A DNA stretch of 59,110 bases from Clostridia bacterium. Its GTDB lineage: Bacteria; Bacillota; Clostridia; Oscillospirales; CAG-272. This document shows positions 1 through 8,966 of this stretch, one piece after another. Each line of letters starts with the position of its first letter. Position 1 is the first letter of the stretch. Both the position numbers and the translations under genes were made by a program. Under the pieces are notes generated by a model. It made no database searches. It was not told the DNA's origin and was given only the letters and a program-made list of their open reading frames with translations. The DNA lies in assembly GCA_024404975.1 (NCBI GenBank), contig JAKSPH010000001.1, positions 1 to 59,110 of the forward strand, written 5' to 3'.

Positions 1-180
1 GTTTGCGGCACAAAGATAATGCTTCTTTCCGATTCCGACAACGTGTTCGGTCGCCCAGGTCATTCCTTCTTCGACGACTTCAACGAACTTTTCTCCGGGT
101 GCTTTGCAAAGGGGGCATTTGTCAGGGCGAACGTCGGATTCAACGATTTCGCCGCAAACCAGACATCTCCATTTTTTCAT
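1..180 (-). CDS. rubredoxin-type Cys4 zinc-ribbon domain protein, N-terminal part (continues beyond the window edge)
   Basis: The reverse strand from the ATG at 180-178 reads MKKWRCLVCGEIVESDVRPDKCPLCKAPGEKFVEVVEEGMTWATEHVVGIGKK. It has two CxxC pairs. GGAGG lies at 190-194, 9 nt upstream. The ORF is absent from the track because it has no stop in the window. Confidence 0.5.
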   Translation of the reverse strand, partial: MKKWRCLVCGEIVESDVRPDKCPLCKAPGEKFVEVVEEGMTWATEHVVGIGKKHYLCAAN

Positions 181-302
181 GTTTATATTCCTCCAATCGT
201 GATTTATCAAGAGATTGATTCTTTTTCTATTTTATCATATCCCGCAATTATTTTCAAGAGAAAAACCGAAAAAAATCCGATTTTCGACCATTCGGGAAAC
301 CG

Positions 303-1004
303 TCAGATCGGCAGGAACCCGATGAGCCAATAAAAGAGTGGAACGAAGAGGATCGCGGGCAGAAGATTCGCCACTTTGATCTTCGTGATGCCGAGCATAT
401 TCAGACCGATGGCAAGGATCATCAGGCTTCCGGCACAGGTGATCTCGCCGATGAGAGCGGTGTCGGTCAGCACGTTCTGCAAAAGTCCCGCGCCGAGTGT
501 CAGCGCGCCTTGGTAAACAAAAATCACAACGGCAGAGAATATGACGCCGATGCCGAGCGTCGTCGCAAGCATGAACGCAGAGAAGAAGTCGAGAATGGAC
601 TTTGTGATGAGGATCTGATAGTCACCTTTCAGTCCGGCATCAAAAGAGCCGAGGATCGACATGGCGCCGACGCAGAACAAAAGACTTGCCGTCGTGAATC
701 CCTGCGCGAGAGAAAGCGTCCTGCCGTCTTTCGGCTGGAATTTTTTCTCCACAAAGAGGGCAAAACGTTCCAGAGCACCGTCGATATCGACGATGGAACC
801 GAGCGCGGTTCCGAACGCCATGGAGAGGATCAGAACGAGCGCGTTCTGTCCTTTGAGCGCACCCGATACGCCGATATAGATCACGCAAAGTCCAACCGCC
901 GTCATAACGGCATTGGCGACCTTTTCCGGGATCCCTTTTTTGAGCAACACGCCGAGCAGAGAACCGATGATGACGGTTCCCACGTTAATCAGTACACCGA
1001 TCAT
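303..1004 (-). CDS. DUF554-family integral membrane protein (YdfK/YqgA-like)
   Basis: The tracked ORF 303..1226 was trimmed to the internal ATG at 1004 (MIGVLINVGTVIIGSLLGVLLKKGIPEK). The product is polytopic and hydrophobic with the typical DUF554 N-terminus. The upstream 74 codons overlap the rhaB promoter and look non-coding. Confidence 0.7.
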   Translation of the reverse strand: MIGVLINVGTVIIGSLLGVLLKKGIPEKVANAVMTAVGLCVIYIGVSGALKGQNALVLILSMAFGTALGSIVDIDGALERFALFVEKKFQPKDGRTLSLAQGFTTASLLFCVGAMSILGSFDAGLKGDYQILITKSILDFFSAFMLATTLGIGVIFSAVVIFVYQGALTLGAGLLQNVLTDTALIGEITCAGSLMILAIGLNMLGITKIKVANLLPAILFVPLFYWLIGFLPI

Positions 1005-1093
1005 AATACACTCCGTAAATGAGGATAAAAACAGTATACCACAAATCCGCTCACGTTTCAAGTGGAAAAACACACAAAAAATGCCGTCCTCTC

Positions 1094-1122
1094 TTGACTT
1101 TCGGTATGTAATTTTATATAAT
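1094..1122 (+). promoter_or_regulatory. sigma-A type promoter upstream of rhaB
   Basis: TTGACT (1094-1099), a 17-nt spacer, then TATAAT (1117-1122), 22 nt before the rhaB ATG. Confidence 0.6.
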
Positions 1123-1143
1123 ATAAGAAAAAAGAGGCTACTT

Positions 1144-2523
1144 ATGGAGTATACACTTGCCGTTGATATCGGCGCTTCCTCCGGCAGACACATCGTTTCG
1201 CACGTCGAGGGAGATAAACTCATCACCGAAGAGATCTACCGTTTCGAAAACGCGCCGACCGTAACCGAAGAGGGCGGGGTGCGCACCCTGCACTGGGATA
1301 TCGAACGCCTGTTCGCTGAGATCGTGAACGGTCTTGCGAAAGCGAAGGAACTCGGCAAAGTCCCCTCTTCCGTCGGCATCGACACGTGGGGCGTCGATTA
1401 CGTCTTGCTCGACCGTGAAAATCAGCCCATCGGCGGGGCATACTGCTACCGCGATGCGAGAACGGAGAAGTCTGTCCCTGAAGTCCATGCGATCGTTCCG
1501 TTCGCCGAACTCTACCGCAGAACGGGCATTATGTTCAACACCTTCAACACCGTCTACCAGCTCTATGCGGACAAGATGTCCGGCAGGATCGAAAAAGCGG
1601 TGAACTTTTTGATGCTCCCCGACTACTTCCAATACCGTCTGACAGGTAAGATGGCTCACGAGTACACAAACGCCACCCCCACAGGACCTGTCAACGCGAA
1701 AACCCATCCGTGGGACGGTGAGATCCTCGGCAAACTCGGAATCCCCGTCGCGCTCCTCGGAGAACTGACGGCACCGGCGACAAAACTCGGCGCCTTCTCG
1801 GACGAGATCGCCGCAAAGGTCGGTTACAAAGCCGAAGTCATCCTGCCTTGCACCCACGACACGGCATCCGCCGTCGTTGCCGCGCTGGTATTCGGCGATG
1901 CGCCCTATATTTCGAGCGGAACATGGTCGCTCCTCGGCGTGGAACGCGACGAGGCGGAAACCTCGGACTTCGCCATGGAGAGCGGGTATTCCAACGAGGG
2001 TTGCCTCGGCTACCGCTTCCGTCTGCAAAAGAACATCATGGGACTCTGGATGATCCAGCAGGTGCGCCACGAACTGAACGACGCGTATTCCTTCGCCGAA
2101 CTCGCAGATCTCGCGCGTAAGAACCCTGTTCCCGACCGCGTGCAGGTCAACGATCAGAGATTTCTCTCGCCCGTTTCGATGACGGAGGAGATCTATGCCG
2201 CCGTCGGCAGAAAACTCACCGTCGGTGAGATCGCATACGTCATTTACGCAAGCCTTGCGGAGAGTTACAAAGAGAGCCTTGAAGCGCTCGAAACGCTCAC
2301 CGGCAAGAAGTTCACGACCTTGAACATCATCGGCGGCGGTTCCAAAAACGGACTGCTCAACGAGATGACCAAAAAGGCGACGGGAAAAACCGTCATCACC
2401 GGTCCCGCCGAAGGCACCGCCATCGGAAACCTGATCATCCAACTCATCGGAAAAGGCGAACTCGCTTCCGTCGAAGAGGGACGCCGGATGATCGTCAGAT
2501 CCTTTGACATCGCAGAAGTATAA
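1144..2523 (+). CDS. rhaB: rhamnulokinase (FGGY carbohydrate kinase)
   Basis: MEYTLAVDIGASSGRHIV...IDTWGVDYVLLD. FGGY kinase motifs are present, the length is 459 aa, and rhaD follows directly. The start was trimmed from tracked ORF 913..2523. Confidence 0.85.
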   Translation: MEYTLAVDIGASSGRHIVSHVEGDKLITEEIYRFENAPTVTEEGGVRTLHWDIERLFAEIVNGLAKAKELGKVPSSVGIDTWGVDYVLLDRENQPIGGAYCYRDARTEKSVPEVHAIVPFAELYRRTGIMFNTFNTVYQLYADKMSGRIEKAVNFLMLPDYFQYRLTGKMAHEYTNATPTGPVNAKTHPWDGEILGKLGIPVALLGELTAPATKLGAFSDEIAAKVGYKAEVILPCTHDTASAVVAALVFGDAPYISSGTWSLLGVERDEAETSDFAMESGYSNEGCLGYRFRLQKNIMGLWMIQQVRHELNDAYSFAELADLARKNPVPDRVQVNDQRFLSPVSMTEEIYAAVGRKLTVGEIAYVIYASLAESYKESLEALETLTGKKFTTLNIIGGGSKNGLLNEMTKKATGKTVITGPAEGTAIGNLIIQLIGKGELASVEEGRRMIVRSFDIAEV

Positions 2524-2551
2524 TAAAAAATTTACATAAAGAGGTAAAACC

Positions 2552-3376
2552 ATGTTTAAGAACAAAAAAGAAATTCTGAATGCACCTTTCGTGCAGGATA
2601 TGTGCCGCGCCACCGCGAATATGTACCGTCAGGGATGGGACGAACGCAACGGCGGTAACATCAGTTACATGCTCGACGAAAAAGACGTTGCCGAGTATCT
2701 CGACGTTACCAAAGTGATCCGCGAGATCCCCACCGGCTTCGACGCAAAAGCCCTTGCGGGTAAGTACTTCATCGTTACCGGAACCGGCAAGTACTTCAAG
2801 AACGTTGAGATCGATCCCGAAAACAACCTCGGTATCGTCCGCATCAGCGCAGACGGCTCCAAGGCAGAACTCCTTTGGGGTTACTCCGACGGCGGCAAAT
2901 TCACTTCCGAATTCCCCGCGCACATGATGAGCCACATTCAGCGCCTTGCCGTGGATCCCAACCACCGCATCGTTATGCACTCTCACCCCACTTATACCAT
3001 CGCGATGAACGCCGTTTGCCCCATTGACGAAAAGGACTTCACTCACAAACTCTGGCAGTCCAACACCGAAGCGATCGTCGTATTCCCCGACGGCGTAGGC
3101 GTACTTCCTTGCATGGTATGCGGAACCAACGAGATCGGCGAAGCCACCGCGGAGAAGATGAAAAACTTCCGTCTTGTCGTATGGTCCAACCACGGTATCT
3201 ACGGCACCGGTAAAGATATGGACGAAGCATTCGGTCTGATCGAAACCGTCGAAAAGACCGCGCAGATCTATATGCTCGCGCTCGGCCACACCCTCAACGT
3301 CATTCCCGACGAAACGCTCAAAGCACTCGCCGACAGATTCTCCGTACATCCTCTTGACGGCGTTCTCTCCGTCTGA
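2552..3376 (+). CDS. rhaD: rhamnulose-1-phosphate aldolase (class II aldolase)
   Basis: The protein matches my recollection of E. coli RhaD along its length: GWDERNGGNIS, IVTGTGKYFKN, FPDGVGVLPCMVCGT, HGIYGTG. Confidence 0.9.
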   Translation: MFKNKKEILNAPFVQDMCRATANMYRQGWDERNGGNISYMLDEKDVAEYLDVTKVIREIPTGFDAKALAGKYFIVTGTGKYFKNVEIDPENNLGIVRISADGSKAELLWGYSDGGKFTSEFPAHMMSHIQRLAVDPNHRIVMHSHPTYTIAMNAVCPIDEKDFTHKLWQSNTEAIVVFPDGVGVLPCMVCGTNEIGEATAEKMKNFRLVVWSNHGIYGTGKDMDEAFGLIETVEKTAQIYMLALGHTLNVIPDETLKALADRFSVHPLDGVLSV

Positions 3377-3413
3377 TATTAAACAAGGAAACTCCGTTTC
3401 CGAAAGGACAGTT

Positions 3414-4064
3414 ATGAAACTCGAAGGACTGAAAATCAACTTTCTCGGCGACTCCATCACGGAAGCCGCAGGAACATCCGATCCCAAATACGTATTCTGG
3501 CGTCAACTCGGTGAGCGCACCGGCGCCGTTTGCCGCGGTTACGGCATCGGCGGTACCCGCATCGCCAAGCAGACGACTCCCTCTTCCGTTGCGCGTTACG
3601 ACAGATACTTCGCTTCCCGTATTGACGAAATGGATCCCGATGCGGACGTCATCGTCGTATTCGGCGGTACCAACGACTACGGTCATGGTGACGCTCCTCT
3701 CGGAACGATGGCGGACAGAACCCCCGACACCTTCACCGGTGCCTGCCACGATCTGATCACCCGTCTGGAGGAAAAGTACCCCGCGAAGCCGATCGTGATC
3801 TGCACCCCCATCCACCGCAAAGGCGAGAGTGAGATCCATGTGAAAGTCGGAACCCAGCCTACCGTTTTACAAACTTATGTTGACATCATCAAAGAAGTTG
3901 CCGCCTACTACGGCTGCCCCGTACTTGACCTGTTCCGTGTGAGCGGTATCCAACCCGATATCCCCTCGCAAGCCGAACTGCTCACCAAAGACGGTCTGCA
4001 CCCCAACGATCTCGGAAACTCCCTGATCTGCGATCGTCTTGCCGGATTCCTCGGCGCACTTTAA
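3414..4064 (+). CDS. SGNH/GDSL-family hydrolase
   Basis: MKLEGLKINFLGDSITE (block I GDS) and VVFGGTNDYGHG (block III). The start was trimmed to ATG 3414. Confidence 0.75.
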   Translation: MKLEGLKINFLGDSITEAAGTSDPKYVFWRQLGERTGAVCRGYGIGGTRIAKQTTPSSVARYDRYFASRIDEMDPDADVIVVFGGTNDYGHGDAPLGTMADRTPDTFTGACHDLITRLEEKYPAKPIVICTPIHRKGESEIHVKVGTQPTVLQTYVDIIKEVAAYYGCPVLDLFRVSGIQPDIPSQAELLTKDGLHPNDLGNSLICDRLAGFLGAL

Positions 4065-4161
4065 CATCCCACGCCTCGCTCTTTCCAAAGATGCGGGGCG
4101 TTTCATTGAAAAAGCACATTTCCAACCGTTTTACTGACAATCATCCATCCGGAGGTGTATT

Positions 4162-6975
4162 ATGACCATCTACGAATACTACAAAAACTTAAAACAGAGA
4201 TTCGATACTCTCGATTCCGAAATCAAAAAACAAACACTGACTTATAAGGATGAAGCGGCTGCCAAGATCGAACACGCCATCCTGAAACAAAAACTCTTCC
4301 GCATCGTGAAAGCAACGTCGGAAAAGATTGATCCCGTTACCGAACGCGCGATCCTCCTTGCCGTACTTCCTACTGATAATATCAAGGAGATGGAAAGTTA
4401 CACTGAACGCAGTGCGAAACGCAACCTCAAAAATTATCTTGCCGGGATATCCGAACAGAAGATCCCAAAGGAACAGATCGTACCCGAGCAGGAACTCGAA
4501 AAAATGACGGTCGAGCAAATGCGTTCGCGCGTCAAAGCGATCGGCGGGGAAGAACTCGTCGAATCTCTCAAGCCGAAGGGACTTCTGACTTCCTGTCCTT
4601 CCCGTGTTTTCGACGGACAAGCCGATGCCCTGATGTCCAGTTATTCCAACATGATGCCCCTCGAAGCACAGCAGGAAATCATCGATTCCATGGAATTCCT
4701 GGCATCTGCATCCGATCTGGATGAAAAGAAAGTCACCACGCCGAAATATGCCGCCGAGATCGAAAAACTGAAAAACAACGTCACGGAGAACGATCTCCCG
4801 CAAAACGAAAACGGTGAACGTATCACGGTGGAAGAGGCAAAAGACCTCCTCGATTTCGTCAACGGTAAACTGACCGTTCTCGATTCCAGAATCGATCTGG
4901 ACGGAGAACGCCGGATCATCGAAAGCGCGCAGGAAAAAGAGTCTACACGCCGCGGTCAGGCATTTGTCAACAAGACACCGGAACTGAAAAACGGCATGGT
5001 GTACGATACTACGCACTACGTCCCGAAGGACAGAACCTCGGAAGAAACGAAAATCGCCGTAGAGAAGGCGCGTGAAACCGACTTTGTCTTCTCGGAAGAG
5101 TACAAAAAAGACTTCAAATTCGTGCTCCGCCGACTTGACGAGATCAACCACGTCACCAAAGACACGAGAGGAGAGCAGGGCTCCAAAGAGTACGGTTTCG
5201 CCAAACTGAATTCGTCCTCGGAAAAACTGGACAAAGCCATCGCGAACGGCGCACCCGCATCCGAGATCCTGAAACTCGCTCAGGAATACAAGAAAGACTA
5301 CAACGATATGAAAGAACTTGTCGATTTTGCCGACAAGCACTTCTCGAAAGACCCCGTCATCTATTCCGGCAACCTCGACGTTGCCCGTAACGCGTCGCTT
5401 CCTTTTGAATTCCGTAAGAATTTCCGCACTGTTTCGCACATCAACTCCTGTTTCTCCGCCCTCACCTTCATCAAAAAGAACGGTCTCGACATCGACGAGT
5501 TTGTAGAACATCCGAAAGACGTGATGATCGAATACTCCCAGCCCGGTCAGAAGCAGGATCTCAACTACTTTGCAAAACAGCCCTACTCGACCAAGACGGT
5601 AACGGAGATGGTGGACGGCATTCCGACGGAAAAGACTGTACAAGTCCCCCGTACCTTCGGTCAAATGTATCGCTTTATGCGCAGTGTCGAACTTGACACT
5701 TACGTTTCCGACAAGGCGATCGACTACGCCGGTTCCCGTGCCATCGACGGTATCGTGAAATGCTGCCCCGATGAGAAGAACCGCGATCAGAACTTCGGTG
5801 CCCTCACGACACTCGGATTCACGAAGGAACTCATCGCGTCCTACGCCTCAAAAGCCCGTGTCGGCGGAAACCTCCTCTTCTATCAGAACCTTATGGCGAT
5901 GAACGACGACGAGCGCGATTACGTAAAAGCGCTTCCCGGCGAACTCGCCTTCAACCCCATGACGTGCGAGATCGAATCCGGTAAATTCGATATCTTCGAG
6001 CATTTCTCGAATATCCAGGTCGACTTCAACGAAATGGGAGAACGTGTCCGCAATATGCTTCACGACTATTATACGGACCCGACGGAAATGTCGGCATCGA
6101 ACGAGGAATTTGTCGTTTCGCTCCAACTCATGACCGCGAAACTGCTCACCGTCAAAGCCGAAGAGAAAAACGCACCCGGCTTTGCGGAACTGAAGAAGTT
6201 TGCCGAAGATCCCTATCGCGAGATCGACGCATGGAGAGCCCAATGGGGGTTGGAGCCCGTCTCCGGCCGTGAAGTCCCCATGCAGAAAGAGGAATCCGCC
6301 AAACTCGGTAAAAAACTCGTCGATTTCCTCGACAACCCGAAATTCGCAAAGCAACTGAAAACCGTTGAAAAGCGGTTGAAAACGGACATCAAGGCAAAGG
6401 AAAGGGCATTTGCCGCCGCCTTGAAGACCGCAGAGAACAAGGAAACCGCGAAAAAAGAATTCATCGACACGCTCAAAAACGACTTCAAGTCCGGTAAGAT
6501 CACCGAGTATTACTACAAAACGCGTACCGAGCAGATCCTTTCCGGAAGCAATGCGAAAGCGCCGTCCATGTTCCGCATCGACGACTTCCCGAAACTCAAG
6601 GATTACACGCCCAACCTCACCGAAGAAGAACGTGACGGCTTGACCAAAGACGATATCGAGATCCTTTACAACCGTGACAAAGAACGTGCAAAGCAGGAGA
6701 AAGAGATCTTCCTTCGCCGCAGCGAATTGGAAGCGATCGGTGTCACCGAGCCGGAAACCCGCAAACTCGCCGATGCTCCCGCGTCCGTGATGAGTGATAC
6801 CGTCCTCGTCGAAAACGAAACCGGTTTCGAGAACGTAGAGATCGAAAAGTTCTATCAGAACCTCGAAAACGCGGTATTGGAGGACAAGGTTCCGAACGCC
6901 CCCACAGAGGAAGTCCGAAATCCCGCCGTCGAAACGGAAAAGAAGAAAGAGACGGAAGCCGTCGCAAAAGTCTGA
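4162..6975 (+). CDS. large hypothetical protein (937 aa), K/E-rich and predicted cytoplasmic, with no recognisable domain
   Basis: An uninterrupted 937-codon ORF with GGAGGTG 7 nt upstream and a strong terminator downstream. It has no signal peptide or TM segment and no motif I recognise. Confidence 0.7.
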   Translation: MTIYEYYKNLKQRFDTLDSEIKKQTLTYKDEAAAKIEHAILKQKLFRIVKATSEKIDPVTERAILLAVLPTDNIKEMESYTERSAKRNLKNYLAGISEQKIPKEQIVPEQELEKMTVEQMRSRVKAIGGEELVESLKPKGLLTSCPSRVFDGQADALMSSYSNMMPLEAQQEIIDSMEFLASASDLDEKKVTTPKYAAEIEKLKNNVTENDLPQNENGERITVEEAKDLLDFVNGKLTVLDSRIDLDGERRIIESAQEKESTRRGQAFVNKTPELKNGMVYDTTHYVPKDRTSEETKIAVEKARETDFVFSEEYKKDFKFVLRRLDEINHVTKDTRGEQGSKEYGFAKLNSSSEKLDKAIANGAPASEILKLAQEYKKDYNDMKELVDFADKHFSKDPVIYSGNLDVARNASLPFEFRKNFRTVSHINSCFSALTFIKKNGLDIDEFVEHPKDVMIEYSQPGQKQDLNYFAKQPYSTKTVTEMVDGIPTEKTVQVPRTFGQMYRFMRSVELDTYVSDKAIDYAGSRAIDGIVKCCPDEKNRDQNFGALTTLGFTKELIASYASKARVGGNLLFYQNLMAMNDDERDYVKALPGELAFNPMTCEIESGKFDIFEHFSNIQVDFNEMGERVRNMLHDYYTDPTEMSASNEEFVVSLQLMTAKLLTVKAEEKNAPGFAELKKFAEDPYREIDAWRAQWGLEPVSGREVPMQKEESAKLGKKLVDFLDNPKFAKQLKTVEKRLKTDIKAKERAFAAALKTAENKETAKKEFIDTLKNDFKSGKITEYYYKTRTEQILSGSNAKAPSMFRIDDFPKLKDYTPNLTEEERDGLTKDDIEILYNRDKERAKQEKEIFLRRSELEAIGVTEPETRKLADAPASVMSDTVLVENETGFENVEIEKFYQNLENAVLEDKVPNAPTEEVRNPAVETEKKKETEAVAKV

Positions 6976-7002
6976 TCCTGTTTTCCCGAAAGATTTCTCA
7001 AA

Positions 7003-7034
7003 GGCAGAGAGCCGATTCGGCTTTCTGCCTTTTT
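7003..7034 (+). terminator. rho-independent terminator
   Basis: GGCAGAGAGCC-gattc-GGCTTTCTGCC forms an 11-bp stem with one G-U pair, followed by TTTTT. Confidence 0.8.
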
Positions 7035-7085
7035 CGGCGGAAAAGATCATTATTATGCTTTTTTATGTTTTTTTGAAAAACCCCC

Positions 7086-7114
7086 TTGCGTTTTTCGTTT
7101 CCTTTTGTTATAAT
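7086..7114 (+). promoter_or_regulatory. sigma-A type promoter of the permease gene
   Basis: TTGCGT (7086-7091), a 17-nt spacer, then TATAAT (7109-7114). This leaves a leader of about 85 nt. Confidence 0.6.
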
Positions 7115-7204
7115 AATTTCGTCTTGAAAAACCGCCGACGGTCTGACGGAAAACCGGAAGGCGATTTCCCACTGGGCAACCCAAAATCAACAAGGAGAAA
7201 AACA

Positions 7205-8635
7205 ATGCAAAAACTTGACAATTTCTTTGAAATCAGCAAGCGCGGCTCCACTGTAAAGACCGAGATCATCGGCGGTCTTACCACTTTCTTCGCAATGGCT
7301 TACATCATTGTAACCAACCCCAACCAAATCATCAGTTTCATGGCTTCCGGAGCAGGAAATACTCCGCTTGACACCATCTGGCGTTCCGTTTACGTTGCTT
7401 CCGTCCTCGTAGCGGTCATCGGTACCCTTCTTTGCGCCCTTTACGCAAAGATGCCTTTCGCTCAGGCGTGCGGCATGGGACTTAACTCCTTCTTCTTCGT
7501 TTCGTTCATCCTTCCCGCAGTTCTCGGCGGCGGTGACGTGATCGAAGGATATCAGCAAGGTCTTTGCATCATTCTTCTTTCCGGTCTGATCTTCCTCGTT
7601 CTCTCTGTCACCGGTCTCCGTCAGTACATCGCAAAAGCGCTTCCCGACAACCTCAAGAAAGCGATCCCCGCAGGCATCGGTCTGTTCATCGCCTTCATCG
7701 GCTTCAAAAACGTCGGTATCATTGAAGCAAACCAGTACACCTTCGTTCAGCTCTTCGACTTCCACGGTGCCGTTGCAGGCAAGGGCTTCTTTGAAGCTTG
7801 GTGCGCGATCGCTCCCGTCGTTCTCGCCCTCCTCGGACTTCTTGCCATGGGTGTTCTCTCCCACAAGAACGTCAAAGGTTCCGTCATCCTCACCATCCTC
7901 GGTGTGACCGTTCTCTACTATCTCACCACCTGGACTCTCCCGAACTTCGACTTCGGTCAGATCGGTCAGTCCTTCAAAGACTTCGGAACCGTCGGCTTCC
8001 TCGGCGCGTTCAAAGGATTCTCCGTCTTTGCAGGCGGCGCTTCCGCGATCATCAACGCACTTGTTCTCGTGATCACCTTCTGCCTTGTCGATATGTTTGA
8101 TACCATCGGTACCCTCTACGGAACCGCTGCCGAAGCAAACCTTCTCGACGAAAACGGCGATCCCATCAACATGGCGGAATCCATGTCTGCCGACTCCATC
8201 GGAACCGTTGCCGGTGCCGTTCTCGGTACTTCCACTTGCACTACCTTCGTTGAATCCGCTTCCGGTGTCGGCGCAGGTGCAAGAACCGGTCTTGCTTCCG
8301 TGGTTACCGCGGCATGCTTCTTCGTATGCCTCTTCCTCACGCCCGTTGCAGCGATCGTTCCTTCTTGCGCGACCGCTCCCGCACTTATCTACGTCGGCGT
8401 TCTCATGCTCTCCGGATTCTCCCGTGTTAACATGAAAGATCCCGCTGAAGCCGTTCCCGCTTTCCTTGCCCTCATCATGATGCCCTTGACCTACTCGATC
8501 TCCAACGGTATTGCCGTAGGCGCGATCGCTCACGTCATCATCGCTCTTTGCACCGGCAAGTTCACCAAGAAAGACATTACGGTTTCCGTGATCGCCGTAC
8601 TCTTCCTTCTTCGTTTCTTCCTCGTTTCGATGTAA
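7205..8635 (+). CDS. NCS2-family purine permease (AzgA/PbuG-like adenine/guanine/hypoxanthine transporter)
   Basis: MQKLDNFFEISKRGSTVKTEIIGGLTTFFAMAYIIVTNP is the characteristic N-terminus of this family. The protein is polytopic and 476 aa long. The start was trimmed from ORF 7055. Confidence 0.85.
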   Translation: MQKLDNFFEISKRGSTVKTEIIGGLTTFFAMAYIIVTNPNQIISFMASGAGNTPLDTIWRSVYVASVLVAVIGTLLCALYAKMPFAQACGMGLNSFFFVSFILPAVLGGGDVIEGYQQGLCIILLSGLIFLVLSVTGLRQYIAKALPDNLKKAIPAGIGLFIAFIGFKNVGIIEANQYTFVQLFDFHGAVAGKGFFEAWCAIAPVVLALLGLLAMGVLSHKNVKGSVILTILGVTVLYYLTTWTLPNFDFGQIGQSFKDFGTVGFLGAFKGFSVFAGGASAIINALVLVITFCLVDMFDTIGTLYGTAAEANLLDENGDPINMAESMSADSIGTVAGAVLGTSTCTTFVESASGVGAGARTGLASVVTAACFFVCLFLTPVAAIVPSCATAPALIYVGVLMLSGFSRVNMKDPAEAVPAFLALIMMPLTYSISNGIAVGAIAHVIIALCTGKFTKKDITVSVIAVLFLLRFFLVSM

Positions 8636-8652
8636 GGAAAACCAATCGAAAA

Positions 8653-8680
8653 ACGCAGTTCTCCGGAACTGCGTTTTTTG
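8653..8680 (+). terminator. rho-independent terminator
   Basis: ACGCAGTTC-tccg-GAACTGCGT, followed by TTTTTT. Confidence 0.85.
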
Positions 8681-8690
8681 TTTTTCGGGG

Positions 8691-8719
8691 TTGACCGTTT
8701 TGCCGCTTTGTGCTACAAT
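8691..8719 (+). promoter_or_regulatory. orphan sigma-A-like promoter (drives only a short ORF or leader)
   Basis: TTGACC (8691-8696), a 17-nt spacer, then TACAAT (8714-8719). Confidence 0.45.
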
Positions 8720-8909
8720 AAAGAAAAAAAGAGAATTTTCATGCCGACCGTAAAAAAACATATTATCCGCGAGGGATACGACGGATCTTGTCCACGCGAG
8801 GATGTGCCCCGTCGGCTGTGAAAAATACGGAAGCGACAACGCCGTCTTCCTCAGCGTGATCGAATAAAAAAGGATCAGAGAAGATCTTGCGTTTTTTCAC
8901 GGAAAACCG

Positions 8910-8938
8910 TTGACAAAACATGCCGTGAATGGTACAAT
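8910..8938 (+). promoter_or_regulatory. sigma-A type promoter of birA
   Basis: TTGACA (8910-8915), a 17-nt spacer, then TACAAT (8933-8938). Confidence 0.6.
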
Positions 8939-8966
8939 AATTTCATCAAAGAGAAAGGAGTGCCTT

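Noticed and set aside
913-1143. N-terminal extensions of several tracked ORFs: rhaB from 913, permease from 7055, birA from 8910, ATPase from 18108, spoVAD from 35335, gyrB from 41419, addA from 30320 and truB from 29272.
   Set aside because: The extensions overlap upstream genes, promoters or terminators and lack homology to the respective families. Internal starts with good RBSs coincide with the conserved N-termini.
7115-7204. A purine (guanine/adenine) riboswitch in the roughly 85-nt leader of the NCS2 purine permease.
   Set aside because: The conserved purine-riboswitch core elements (GGAUAUGG-type loop, GUUUCUACC, CCGACUA junction) are not present. Only generic small hairpins can be drawn. 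An unrelated leader structure cannot be excluded without a covariance-model scan.
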